Source: a virus. Taken from it: 48,855 nt of DNA. The first letter of the stretch is position 1. Each line of letters opens with the position of its first letter. The stretch is taken from positions 1 to 48,855 of IMG/VR virus record IMGVR_UViG_3300047388_000092. One strand, 5' to 3'. This document shows, in pieces, positions 1 to 8,380 of the stretch. The notes beneath the pieces were generated by a model. It was not told where the DNA came from. It was given only the letters and a program-made list of their open reading frames with translations, and made no database searches. The translations under genes were made by a program, and so were the position numbers.

Positions 1-127
1 GGGTGGATCTGGTTCGGCAGGTCCAAAATCGACAGCAGAGAAGATTTTTGGTCCGCGCTAGTTGCTAGTTCAGAAAGCTAGTTATGGCAATACTTGGTCT
101 CATTGGTTCGGAGTCGCTTTCGACTTA
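1..127. repeat. 127-bp terminal direct repeat, identical to 48729..48855 (circular-assembly overlap or terminal redundancy)
   Basis: Compared base by base: 1..127 equals 48729..48855. It holds the 3' end of the scaffold-like ORF (stop at 59..61), the GCTAGTT x3 spacer and the first 44 nt of the capsid ORF. Confidence 0.95.
57..83 (+). repeat. Three copies of the heptamer GCTAGTT (57-63, 64-70, 77-83) filling the scaffold-capsid spacer
   Basis: Sequence is cgcGCTAGTTGCTAGTTcagaaaGCTAGTTATG. The last copy abuts the capsid ATG at 84 and the scaffold stop TAG (59-61) lies inside the first copy. Confidence 0.6.
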
Positions 128-1448
128 CCGATTCAAAAATATTCGTCGGAGTGTCTTCTATGACTATCCGAATGGCGTGGCTCCGTTGACGGGGCTGCTT
201 ACGTTGCAGGAGGAAGAATCAACAAACGACCAGCAATTCTTCTGGTGGGAGAAAAGGTTGAAGCAGCAGAGGACTCTCACAATAACTCAAGGTGGTGCTA
301 AGGGGCCATTCTTGACTGCTGCTGGAGCCGATCTTGGTGATGCTGGTCCCGGAGCGACGATGGTGGTTCAAACGAACTACCGCGTGAATGTGACTTCCTC
401 GGCTCAATTTCGCGTTGGTCATGTGATTCGTATTCCAGTCACCTGCGAAGCGGCAACTGTTAATGATACAGTTTTTGGTGTTATTAACCAAATCGTATCA
501 GCCACGATTATCCAATTTCAGTGCTTGAAGGGGATGAATGTGGCAAGCTTGAACCGGGTGGATAATGGAACTGGTGGTGCAGGAGAAAACGTGGGAGTTG
601 AAGTTCTCGCAGTTGGTTCCGCAGCACAGGAAGGACAAGTTGGAGCAGGATTAGCGGTTTATAATCCCCCAGTGCAAATTGGGAATTATACCCAAATCTT
701 CCGCACAGCCTTCCAAATCACTGGTTCGGCGCTCAAGACCTCGTTGAAATATGACGAGACTGGGGCTTACAAGGACCAAGCGAAGGAGGCTTCGTTGGAC
801 CATATGCGAGGTATGGAGTTCGCACAATTGTTTGGTGAAAAAACGGTCAACATTGACCCAGTCACCAACTTGCCAACTTACACCACAGGTGGTCTTCTTT
901 ACTTCCTTAAGCAATGGGAGTTGGGTTCTGGCTATGAAGTTGATGCTTCCTCGCTGGACACTGATGATGGAAAGCGCATCATCACCAACTCGAAGGGCTA
1001 TGTCACCGAGAAGGAATTCGACAACTACCTTGAACGAGTTTTCCGGGTGACAAACAACAAATCCAACGAGAAGTTGATTCTCTGTGGCTCCGGGGCCTTG
1101 AACACGGTCAATCGCATGTATAAGGGCAAATCTGTCCTTCAAGCGGTTGACAAGGTTGACTCTTATGGAATGAACGTGACTATGCAGGTAACTCCGTTTG
1201 GCACGGTCTATTACAAGACTCATCCTTTGTTCAACCAGAATCCCACGCTTCGGTTCAACATGCTGTTTATTGAAATCGGTAACCTCCGCTATCGCTACTT
1301 GGATGGCCGGGACACTGAACTTCTCGATGAACGTCAACCAAACAACGCGGACTACAAGGAATCAGAATGGATCACTGAAGCTGGCCTTGAAGTGGAAAAG
1401 CCGGAGTCCATGATGTATATTCAAAACATGCAGGATTGGGCTCCCTAA
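84..1448 (+). CDS. Major capsid protein (by synteny)
   Basis: 454-aa ORF directly after the portal (45719..47710) and the Gln/Gly-rich scaffold-like ORF across the circular junction. This is the canonical portal-scaffold-capsid order. The call rests on order and size, not on a recognised motif. Confidence 0.75.
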   Translation: MAILGLIGSESLSTYRFKNIRRSVFYDYPNGVAPLTGLLTLQEEESTNDQQFFWWEKRLKQQRTLTITQGGAKGPFLTAAGADLGDAGPGATMVVQTNYRVNVTSSAQFRVGHVIRIPVTCEAATVNDTVFGVINQIVSATIIQFQCLKGMNVASLNRVDNGTGGAGENVGVEVLAVGSAAQEGQVGAGLAVYNPPVQIGNYTQIFRTAFQITGSALKTSLKYDETGAYKDQAKEASLDHMRGMEFAQLFGEKTVNIDPVTNLPTYTTGGLLYFLKQWELGSGYEVDASSLDTDDGKRIITNSKGYVTEKEFDNYLERVFRVTNNKSNEKLILCGSGALNTVNRMYKGKSVLQAVDKVDSYGMNVTMQVTPFGTVYYKTHPLFNQNPTLRFNMLFIEIGNLRYRYLDGRDTELLDERQPNNADYKESEWITEAGLEVEKPESMMYIQNMQDWAP

Positions 1449-1449
1449 G

Positions 1450-1472
1450 ACAAATTCAACGATTGAAAATGT
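1450..1472 (+). repeat. Start-associated palindromic motif, copy 1 (ACAAATTCAA CGA TTGAAAATGT)
   Basis: Fills the capsid-stop (TAA 1446-1448) to next-ATG (1473) spacer almost exactly. Confidence 0.9.
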
Positions 1473-1841
1473 ATGGCAGCAATTCCTTCTAGTTATATCA
1501 CCTATACACGACGTTGGTCGGAGGGAGGTCAAGCGAGGAAAGACCGAACGGTCAACCTCATTGTGATCACTGTTCCGAAATCCGATGCCACGGCATATGG
1601 TGATGCGACAAATACGGTTCCAGCAACGATCTTTGGCCTAAAAGTGCTGGAAGAATGTGATGGTGCGGTGGATAACTTGAATAATCTTGTTATTTGCTCA
1701 CCATCTTTTGACGGAGTCAACGTCTTAACCTATGACATAACGAACGCTACTGATGCAACTCGGAATGCGCCCGCGGCCATGTTTAAGAGGATTGACATAA
1801 ACACACCGGGAGTCTTTTATCTTCAAATAAAAGGCTACTAA
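1473..1841 (+). CDS. Hypothetical virion protein (head accessory/decoration candidate)
   Basis: 122-aa ORF starting 1 nt after motif copy 1. The role is suggested only by its position after the capsid gene. No motif recognised. Confidence 0.5.
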   Translation: MAAIPSSYITYTRRWSEGGQARKDRTVNLIVITVPKSDATAYGDATNTVPATIFGLKVLEECDGAVDNLNNLVICSPSFDGVNVLTYDITNATDATRNAPAAMFKRIDINTPGVFYLQIKGY

Positions 1842-1854
1842 CAAAAGGAAACAA

Positions 1855-2043
1855 ATGAAAATACCGAACCTTCGAAAACAAGTTATCACTTCCACAGATG
1901 GAAAGCGGGTGACTGAAACTTCTCAACTCTCTGGTGAAGCAAAGCGCTCGCCAGTTGAAAACGAGAAGAACCAAACGGTTCAGGAATTCACCGGCAAGGG
2001 CAAAGGCTCTGGTCCGTGGGGCGGTGAAAATACTGGAAGCTGA
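1855..2043 (+). CDS. Small hypothetical protein
   Basis: 62-aa Lys/Gly-rich ORF filling the 1842..2045 gap, with AAGGAA a few nt upstream of the ATG. Weak evidence. Confidence 0.3.
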   Translation: MKIPNLRKQVITSTDGKRVTETSQLSGEAKRSPVENEKNQTVQEFTGKGKGSGPWGGENTGS

Positions 2044-2045
2044 AC

Positions 2046-2972
2046 ATGCTCCTTGCAGACTTCAAGCAGCTTGTCCAAGACCACTTGAATCGAGCTGGTG
2101 CTACGTTCGACGTAGATACGCCCGGTCGTGTGGACAAGGTCATAGCGGCAATTAACAATGCGAGATCGTTCGCACAGAAGTTGCTCAAGTTTGAGGCTGC
2201 AAGGTGCTATTGTCAGCTTTCAGTGGACAAAGAAAACGGGGGTAATCTCTCGACGGCAGTGCTTGCGTCTGATGGGATTACCCCCGTTAAGATTAGAAAT
2301 ATCGAACATGGATTCGTGGCCCCGGTTGGAACGACGAATTACTTTCCCATTGCGGTAGCACAAAGGAACAATCAGCTTGAGAGGTTTCGTAAGGGTCATA
2401 TTGACTATCGAGCTTATGAAACTGGGCGCGGGGTAAGAATTGGTTTTCCTCCAGAGGTCATCAAGGATGGAAACACAATTTGGCTCCAACCTTGGCCAAA
2501 TGAATTTGGTGATTTTGCAACCACAGTAAAGCTTCGCGTGGTTCAATGGATGCCTGACCTTTCTCAAGGGGTGACAGGAATCGTCCAAGACATCTTCCCG
2601 GGTGGCTTTGTTGACACGAACGCTCAATTCCTCACTAATGGAATCCGAGTTGGCGATCTTGTCACCAATAACACCACCGGGGCACAATCAAGGATTTATG
2701 GTCTCGATGAAACATTTTTGGTTTTCTCTCCGCTTGGTAATACGAGTGTTTTTAGTCCTGGTGATACTTATACCACTGGAGTGGATTCGGACTTCTTTTT
2801 GGAAGAGTGCAGGGATTGGCTTATGTTCCGCACGATTCAAGAACTTAATTTCTTCATTAAGGAGGACCAGAGAGTTCAACTTTCACAAGCAATAGTCCAG
2901 CAAGCTTGGGAAGCGGTGAAGTCTTGGAATGCGGAGAATCAGTATACCGAGCAGGATTCGGACTTGGATTGA
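2046..2972 (+). CDS. Virion structural protein (adaptor/tail-tube-like by position)
   Basis: 308-aa ORF in the head-tail module. No motif recognised. Confidence 0.45.
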   Translation: MLLADFKQLVQDHLNRAGATFDVDTPGRVDKVIAAINNARSFAQKLLKFEAARCYCQLSVDKENGGNLSTAVLASDGITPVKIRNIEHGFVAPVGTTNYFPIAVAQRNNQLERFRKGHIDYRAYETGRGVRIGFPPEVIKDGNTIWLQPWPNEFGDFATTVKLRVVQWMPDLSQGVTGIVQDIFPGGFVDTNAQFLTNGIRVGDLVTNNTTGAQSRIYGLDETFLVFSPLGNTSVFSPGDTYTTGVDSDFFLEECRDWLMFRTIQELNFFIKEDQRVQLSQAIVQQAWEAVKSWNAENQYTEQDSDLD

Positions 2973-2973
2973 T

Positions 2974-3195
2974 ATGAAAGACGAAGATAGAAAAAAACTT
3001 GAGGCTTATTTGAAACAGGAAGCCTTCCTTGCAGACAAGTCTTATCACGAGTGGAACCAAGCTTATCCTAATTGCACAGAAGCAGCTTATCGTTCTGGGA
3101 TGTGGTTCGCATTTCATGAAGTTGAGAATTTTTTAGCACGAATTCCTAAATATGGCAAACTATCCAACAACTCCCCTCAAGTTAAGCACGATTGA
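2974..3195 (+). CDS. Hypothetical protein
   Basis: ATG at 2974 lies 2 nt after the previous stop and is the in-frame part of track ORF 2929..3195. 73 aa, and it overlaps the next gene by 44 nt. Confidence 0.35.
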   Translation: MKDEDRKKLEAYLKQEAFLADKSYHEWNQAYPNCTEAAYRSGMWFAFHEVENFLARIPKYGKLSNNSPQVKHD

Positions 3196-4453
3196 TCCAA
3201 CTTTGCCAGCGCCAACTGAGGATGCTTCCAAGATTGACGATGCGCTGAGGCAAACAAGGGCAATCTTCAAAGGTCTTTTGGCGCTCATTATGGACGATAA
3301 TGGGGTGCTTTTAGCAGCACCAACCGTTGCGGATAATTCTGTTGGAACCACAGCATTACAAGACCTCGCGGTAACCGGCGCTAAGATTGCTGCGGCCACG
3401 ATCCCCGCGGGAAAGTTTGTAGCAAAAGCTATAGTTGGAGCGGATATTGCGAACGATGCGGCGGTGGATGCGAACAGGGCTATTGGAGGCGATCACATCA
3501 AAGACAATGCCATAGCCCTTCGTCACATTCCTGATGGAACAATCACAGCAGCCAAACTAGCCGCGCTTACAATCACTGGTTCTCAAATCCTCAACGACGC
3601 AGCAGTCGACGCAAACCGCGCGATTGGTTCGAATCATATCAAGAACTCTGCTGTGATTGAACGTTGCATCGCGGATGGTGTGATTGGATTTGCTAAACTA
3701 AAAACGGCGGGGGCTTCAACTGCTGGTCGGTATCTTGTGGACATTGCAGGAGCTTTTGGACTTTATGAGGTGGATACCACTCTTTCTCAAATTCTAACCA
3801 CAATTGTTGGCGGGAAGCTGGTCATGTCCCTCAATGCCATCAACCCAAACGCAATCAACACAGCGTTAATCAAAGAAATTGGAACTGATGGAGGAACTCT
3901 TGGAACCCATTCTGTTGGTGGAGGAGCCTATGGAACTGAATGGATTCAGCGTCCTTTCCGAGCCACAGTTGCCCAAGCTGCGGGAACTGGAGCTTATGCC
4001 GTTCCAGGAACTTATAACCATGTTTTTGTTGATGGGGATTCCAACCTCTCAGAAATCTATGACCCAAATGGGTTAATCACTTTTGTAGTCGATTCGTCCT
4101 CTGGAGCCAACGTAACCCAAATCAAATTTGCACAAGCAGGGAAATACTATGTCGAACTCACCGCTGTTGCTTGGAGTGCAAGTCCGGATTATCCGATGAC
4201 ACATGCCGCGCGGCTTTTGAAGGTTACAGGAGGGGCGTCAACTGTGCTCTTAGAAACATCTCCCCGCGTGCAATTACAAAATCAGGATGCCACGGTTGGG
4301 TGTGGGATTATTGACACTGTTTCAAATGAATTAGTCATAATCCAGCACCAATGCCGCTATCAGAATTCGGTTCCTATTGCGAGCCTTGGAACTCCTCTTG
4401 GAATCTTGACCAACGAAACTCTCTGCACTTTGTTCATTCAAAAGATTGGGTAA
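3152..4453 (+). CDS. Tail fibre-like protein with internal tandem repeats
   Basis: 433 aa. It carries a 47-aa tandem duplication with identical NDAAVDANRAIG cores (nt 3452-3592 and 3593-~3700). The surrounding Ala/Ile/Gly-rich short periodicity is typical of fibre shafts. Confidence 0.55.
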   Translation: MANYPTTPLKLSTIDPTLPAPTEDASKIDDALRQTRAIFKGLLALIMDDNGVLLAAPTVADNSVGTTALQDLAVTGAKIAAATIPAGKFVAKAIVGADIANDAAVDANRAIGGDHIKDNAIALRHIPDGTITAAKLAALTITGSQILNDAAVDANRAIGSNHIKNSAVIERCIADGVIGFAKLKTAGASTAGRYLVDIAGAFGLYEVDTTLSQILTTIVGGKLVMSLNAINPNAINTALIKEIGTDGGTLGTHSVGGGAYGTEWIQRPFRATVAQAAGTGAYAVPGTYNHVFVDGDSNLSEIYDPNGLITFVVDSSSGANVTQIKFAQAGKYYVELTAVAWSASPDYPMTHAARLLKVTGGASTVLLETSPRVQLQNQDATVGCGIIDTVSNELVIIQHQCRYQNSVPIASLGTPLGILTNETLCTLFIQKIG

Positions 4454-4456
4454 TCT

Positions 4457-4738
4457 GTGAAATTACCACAAAACAAATTATTTTGGTTTATTTTAACCAC
4501 TATTTTGTTTATGGAAATTCCAATGACGTGTGTTCCCCAAATTGTTCGAATGTTTCAGACTGGTTCTAGTAGAGATGTGTCAATTATGGCTTGGTTATCT
4601 GCCTCCTTTTTTTCGTTGCTTTGGGTAATGTTGGGTTTGAAGGACATGAATAGACTAAGAATTTGGGCTAGTGTTCTTTTTATGGTTTCTGAATTTATCG
4701 TGGCCACTTTTGCAATAATTTTACGTGTTTTGAAGTAG
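4457..4738 (+). CDS. PQ-loop / SemiSWEET-like three-helix membrane protein
   Basis: 93 aa with a GTG start 4 nt after the previous stop. It has three hydrophobic helices and the PQ-loop signature CVPQIVRMFQTGSSRDVSIMAWL. Confidence 0.6.
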   Translation: MKLPQNKLFWFILTTILFMEIPMTCVPQIVRMFQTGSSRDVSIMAWLSASFFSLLWVMLGLKDMNRLRIWASVLFMVSEFIVATFAIILRVLK

Positions 4739-4778
4739 CTTACTCTTAAGGATCAAATAACATGTCCTCAACCAAAGA

Positions 4779-4801
4779 ACAAATTCAACACTTGAATATG
4801 T
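4779..4801 (+). repeat. Start-associated palindromic motif, copy 2 (ACAAATTCAA CAC TTGAATATGT)
   Basis: The ATG inside the right arm (4798-4800) is in frame with the 4762..6393 ORF. Confidence 0.9.
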
Positions 4802-6393
4802 TTGGGGGGATGAATCAGTCTCTTGCTTCGCATCTAACTCCTGAGGATGCTTGGTGGGTTCAGTTTGGAATGAGGAGACAGGTTCAGAAGGGTTTGGTTC
4901 AAGTTCCGAGAAAAAAAATTCTAACCACAAACGCTGCTTTTGCACCAATTTCCGCGATTGCAATTGTGCCAACTAGCCTTGGTCGACGCCATCGGATTTT
5001 TGTTTTTGGCTCCCAAGTTGGTGAATTGAAAGCGGATAACACCATTGCTTTGCTTCCCTTGGTTGGCCCTGATGGAAGCACGGTTCAAACTTCTGAGTTT
5101 GGAATGTCCGAAGGAGACCGATGGGCAACGGTGGTTTTTGATGGAAATATTTACTTCACTAGCCTCCAAAACCAACTCCACAAACTCACAGGTCATCCTC
5201 AAGTTGAACGCATGGGTGGGCAGAATGTCCTTGTTGCTCCTTCTAAGACATATCCTGCGGCGCGTTATTTGGAGGTTTTCTTTGACCATTTGGTTTTTGG
5301 AAATGTCAATTTCAATGGAATCTTCCCAAACCGCGTGCTTTGGTCTGGATTGAGGGACTTTGGGGATTATGTTCCTCGAAAGGAGTCTGAGACAGATTAC
5401 TTTGACTTCCTTGAAAAAGAATCACCAACTTGTGATGGAATGACTGGCCTTAAGAGGTATGGGGATATTTTGGTTGGTTATACAGCCACAGGAATTTGGA
5501 TGACTCGCTATGTGGGGCTTCCAAGTGTGTTCAAATGGGAGGAAATTGTGATGGATGTTGGAAATGACTTCCCCTATGCTCTTGTGGCGAATGATAAGCA
5601 CCATATTTTCATCTCCGATAAGTGGCAGAATTTCCTCTACTTTAATGGGTCAAACACTCCAGAACCCATTGGTGACCCCATTGCCCAGTATTTCTTTGAT
5701 ACCTTAACAGATGAACCCGATGACCGCTATTCCCTCTTTGGCTACGTCAACACCCGTTACCGCGAACTTTGCTGGGCTTACATCTCCAAGGATAGCGATG
5801 GTGTCTTCGATAAAGAGGTTGTATTTTCCATTCGAGACAAGAAATGGCATGTTCGTTCGCTTGAGGATTGCGCCGCGTTTTCTCCGGAAGTATTTGGAAT
5901 CCAAACCATTGATGATTTAACAGGGACGATTGAAAATTTAACTGGAACAATCAATTCCCTTGGTGATGGCCAAATTCACACTTTCCTCTGGGCAAGACTA
6001 GATGGGTCTCTTTTGACAGAAGCTGCGGTGGGGGATTCCAACGTGGTTGCTCAGCCGATTCCTTACTTGGAAACAGGGGATTACTTCTATGGCGATCTTG
6101 AGTCAATGAAGGAGATGGAAACGATGCTTGTCCAAGCGGTTCTTGGGACGGCTTCTGCGGTTCAGGTTCTCTATTCAACAAGAGCTAATCTTGGGGACGA
6201 AATAAAGTGGACCACGTTGCCGCAGCTTTGGACTCCTGAAATCCGGGAAGGTCGGCTGAGCCTTCCAAGAGTTAATGGGAGGATTTTCCGCTTTCGTTTC
6301 CAGCCTTACACCACAGAGGAAGATGGCGTTGACGGTTTTTCTTGGCAAGGTTTTGTGGAGAATGTTTATGGAACCAAACAAGTGGAGAAGTAG
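4798..6393 (+). CDS. Virion structural protein (tail/nozzle candidate by position)
   Basis: Track ORF is 4762..6393. Starting at 4798 removes the motif-encoded residues EQIQHLN and gives 531 aa. No motif recognised. Confidence 0.5.
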   Translation: MFGGMNQSLASHLTPEDAWWVQFGMRRQVQKGLVQVPRKKILTTNAAFAPISAIAIVPTSLGRRHRIFVFGSQVGELKADNTIALLPLVGPDGSTVQTSEFGMSEGDRWATVVFDGNIYFTSLQNQLHKLTGHPQVERMGGQNVLVAPSKTYPAARYLEVFFDHLVFGNVNFNGIFPNRVLWSGLRDFGDYVPRKESETDYFDFLEKESPTCDGMTGLKRYGDILVGYTATGIWMTRYVGLPSVFKWEEIVMDVGNDFPYALVANDKHHIFISDKWQNFLYFNGSNTPEPIGDPIAQYFFDTLTDEPDDRYSLFGYVNTRYRELCWAYISKDSDGVFDKEVVFSIRDKKWHVRSLEDCAAFSPEVFGIQTIDDLTGTIENLTGTINSLGDGQIHTFLWARLDGSLLTEAAVGDSNVVAQPIPYLETGDYFYGDLESMKEMETMLVQAVLGTASAVQVLYSTRANLGDEIKWTTLPQLWTPEIREGRLSLPRVNGRIFRFRFQPYTTEEDGVDGFSWQGFVENVYGTKQVEK

Positions 6394-6451
6394 TCAGAGT
6401 TCGCAGGGAAATTATGTGACCCAGACTTTGGGATATGACAAGTTCCTCGAA

Positions 6452-6868
6452 ATGTGGCCTCTTTTTCTTGAGAGTTTTGATTCCTTGATTGCACCAAAGG
6501 GGGCCAATATGACAAATCTCACGGTGGACGAGTTGTTCAAGACTTTACTTCATCTTGCAGTTTATCCCGAGAATGGTTTCTTAGGATGCCTCTACAATAA
6601 AAATGGAGGATTTCTTGGTTACGTAGCAGCTATTTCAACTTCAATCGCTTTTCGTCCTTCTGCGTTGCAGATGTTCGCAATTTATTCTAACGAGAAATGT
6701 CCTTCCACACCTAAAGAGCTAATTTACGAACTTAAAGAGTGGGCAAGGAAGCATGGGTTTTCCAAGCTCCATGCAACAATGTTTCGTAAATCTGGAACAG
6801 CACGTAATTTCTTCAAGTTTAAACTTGGGATGAAGGAAAATGGTTTTAATTTCGAGGTCGAACTATGA
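6452..6868 (+). CDS. GNAT-like acetyltransferase fold protein (start uncertain)
   Basis: This is the downstream part of track ORF 6275..6868, whose upstream part overlaps the previous gene. Start is ATG 6452, with GTG 6416 also possible. The segment FAIYSNEK...ELKEWARKHGFSKLH resembles the GNAT beta4-alpha3 core. Confidence 0.4.
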   Translation: MWPLFLESFDSLIAPKGANMTNLTVDELFKTLLHLAVYPENGFLGCLYNKNGGFLGYVAAISTSIAFRPSALQMFAIYSNEKCPSTPKELIYELKEWARKHGFSKLHATMFRKSGTARNFFKFKLGMKENGFNFEVEL

Positions 6869-7305
6869 TGGGGCGAGATGCCACTATTCATGATCTTGGT
6901 GAACTCTATGAAATCACAGTGGCCTTTCTTGACGAAATGCTTTGGAAGTATGAGCCAGAGAGAATTGTCAAATTCTTCTCGAACCGAATTGGAATCGAGA
7001 AAAATGTGGTTCGCATTGTGGAAGCGAATAACAAAATCGTTGGTATCTTTGTGGCCTTCGTTGACACTAATGTTTTCTCTGGTGAGAAATTTGGCCATGA
7101 CAATTTCTTCTATGTTGATCCAGATTTCCGCAACTCCGAAGTGGCCATTTGTCTCTATCGCGAATACCTTGACTGGGCTAGGTCAAAGGGGTGCAAAGAG
7201 TCATTGTGGAATGTTTATGGCCGAACCTCCAAAGATCGACTTCTTCGGGTCCTTGAAAAAATGGGACAGGAGAGGATTGGTTATATTGTAAAAGAAACAC
7301 TTTGA
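6865..7305 (+). CDS. GNAT-family acetyltransferase-like protein
   Basis: 146 aa. FFYVDPDFRNSEVAICLYREYLDWARSKG resembles the GNAT acetyl-CoA-binding segment. The start overlaps the previous stop. Confidence 0.5.
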   Translation: MMGRDATIHDLGELYEITVAFLDEMLWKYEPERIVKFFSNRIGIEKNVVRIVEANNKIVGIFVAFVDTNVFSGEKFGHDNFFYVDPDFRNSEVAICLYREYLDWARSKGCKESLWNVYGRTSKDRLLRVLEKMGQERIGYIVKETL

Positions 7306-7308
7306 TTT

Positions 7309-8379
7309 ATGGGAAGTTATTCTGACAGCAATTCAAGTCAATACTTTTCAAGAACAGGGTCAAATACACAGGTTGCAACTACGGATGTTGACCCTTTCTT
7401 TTCCTCGTTGCTTAGAAAGAACGCAACTGATGCGGATGTTCCGACGCAGCTTACGACAGATGCGAATACCTTTTTGGGAGGTTTGGTAAATAGAAACAAT
7501 GCGGCACCCCCAGGAGTTGGTTATTTGAACACTTCGTTGAATGACGTTGACCCGAACAATTTCCAAGGTCGCCCGGGGCTTGTCAATCAAGCAGGAAAAG
7601 ACCCATTTACTTCAACTTATGAAGATGCCACTAGTGCCAAATATCTTGATCGCGTGAGACAAGGAATTGCCCAAGTTAACACAGGGCCTGATGTGGTTCG
7701 TGGAGGAACTGCGCGTAGTGCCTTAGCGTCTGGTGAGGCAATTAACCGCATGGCCCTTGAACGAGCAGATGAAGTTCGCCGCGCGCAATTACAAGATGCT
7801 ACGATTCAACAACAAGCAACTCAAATGTTGAATGCAATCGAATCTGGTCGGAGAGCCACGCTCCTTACTGGACAAGGCCAACTCGCACAACAATTTCTTG
7901 GAGGTGCGCAACAAGGGCTTGGTGCGGCGGAGCAAGTCCACCATCGGAATGTGGACCAAACAAGCCAAACTGCGATGACAGCAAAACTTCTTGGTGGGGC
8001 TAAACAGCTAGTCACGGAAGCCATGCAAGGTTATGGTTCTGGAACAACCTCAGGCTTCAACGCAGGCGTGAATTGCTGCTTTGTTTTTCTCGAAGCGTAT
8101 GACGGAGTGCTTCCCTGGTATGTTCGCCGAGCTAGGGACATATTCTACGCGGAGAGACCTTCACGGAAGATCGGATACGTTCGCATGAGTTCGTGGCTCG
8201 TTCCCATGATGAAACGCTGGCCTTTCGTGAAAGCTTTGGTTCGAGCAGTTTTGATTAAACCTCTCTCGAAATATGGTGCTTGGTTCTTTGGTGAATCGGG
8301 AGCCAAACCACGCTGGAAGTTCTACGAACCTTACGTAAAAGCGTGGTTCAAACTTTGGGAGTTAGGAGGAAGGATTTAG
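7309..8379 (+). CDS. Internal virion protein candidate
   Basis: 356 aa. The N-terminal two thirds are Gln/Ala-rich and the C-terminus is a Cys-Cys/aromatic-basic segment (NCCFVFLEAYDGVLPWYVRRARD). It lies upstream of the giant internal protein. Confidence 0.4.
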   Translation: MGSYSDSNSSQYFSRTGSNTQVATTDVDPFFSSLLRKNATDADVPTQLTTDANTFLGGLVNRNNAAPPGVGYLNTSLNDVDPNNFQGRPGLVNQAGKDPFTSTYEDATSAKYLDRVRQGIAQVNTGPDVVRGGTARSALASGEAINRMALERADEVRRAQLQDATIQQQATQMLNAIESGRRATLLTGQGQLAQQFLGGAQQGLGAAEQVHHRNVDQTSQTAMTAKLLGGAKQLVTEAMQGYGSGTTSGFNAGVNCCFVFLEAYDGVLPWYVRRARDIFYAERPSRKIGYVRMSSWLVPMMKRWPFVKALVRAVLIKPLSKYGAWFFGESGAKPRWKFYEPYVKAWFKLWELGGRI

Positions 8380-8380
8380 T

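Noticed and set aside
1-127. The terminal 127-bp repeat as a biological direct terminal repeat
   Set aside because: The length equals a standard assembler k-mer, and the repeat cuts through an operon. An assembly overlap of a circular path is the simpler explanation.
651-1337. Long antisense or alternative-frame ORFs inside confident genes (e.g. 651..1337 -, 2220..2687 -, 13432..13977 -, 23523..24023 +, 26570..27001 +, 27011..27505 -, 30786..31412 +, 45758..46195 -)
   Set aside because: They lie wholly within longer ORFs that carry recognisable motifs or fit the operon structure. Their translations are Cys/Arg/Ser/Leu-rich and low-complexity-looking, and they break strand polarity.
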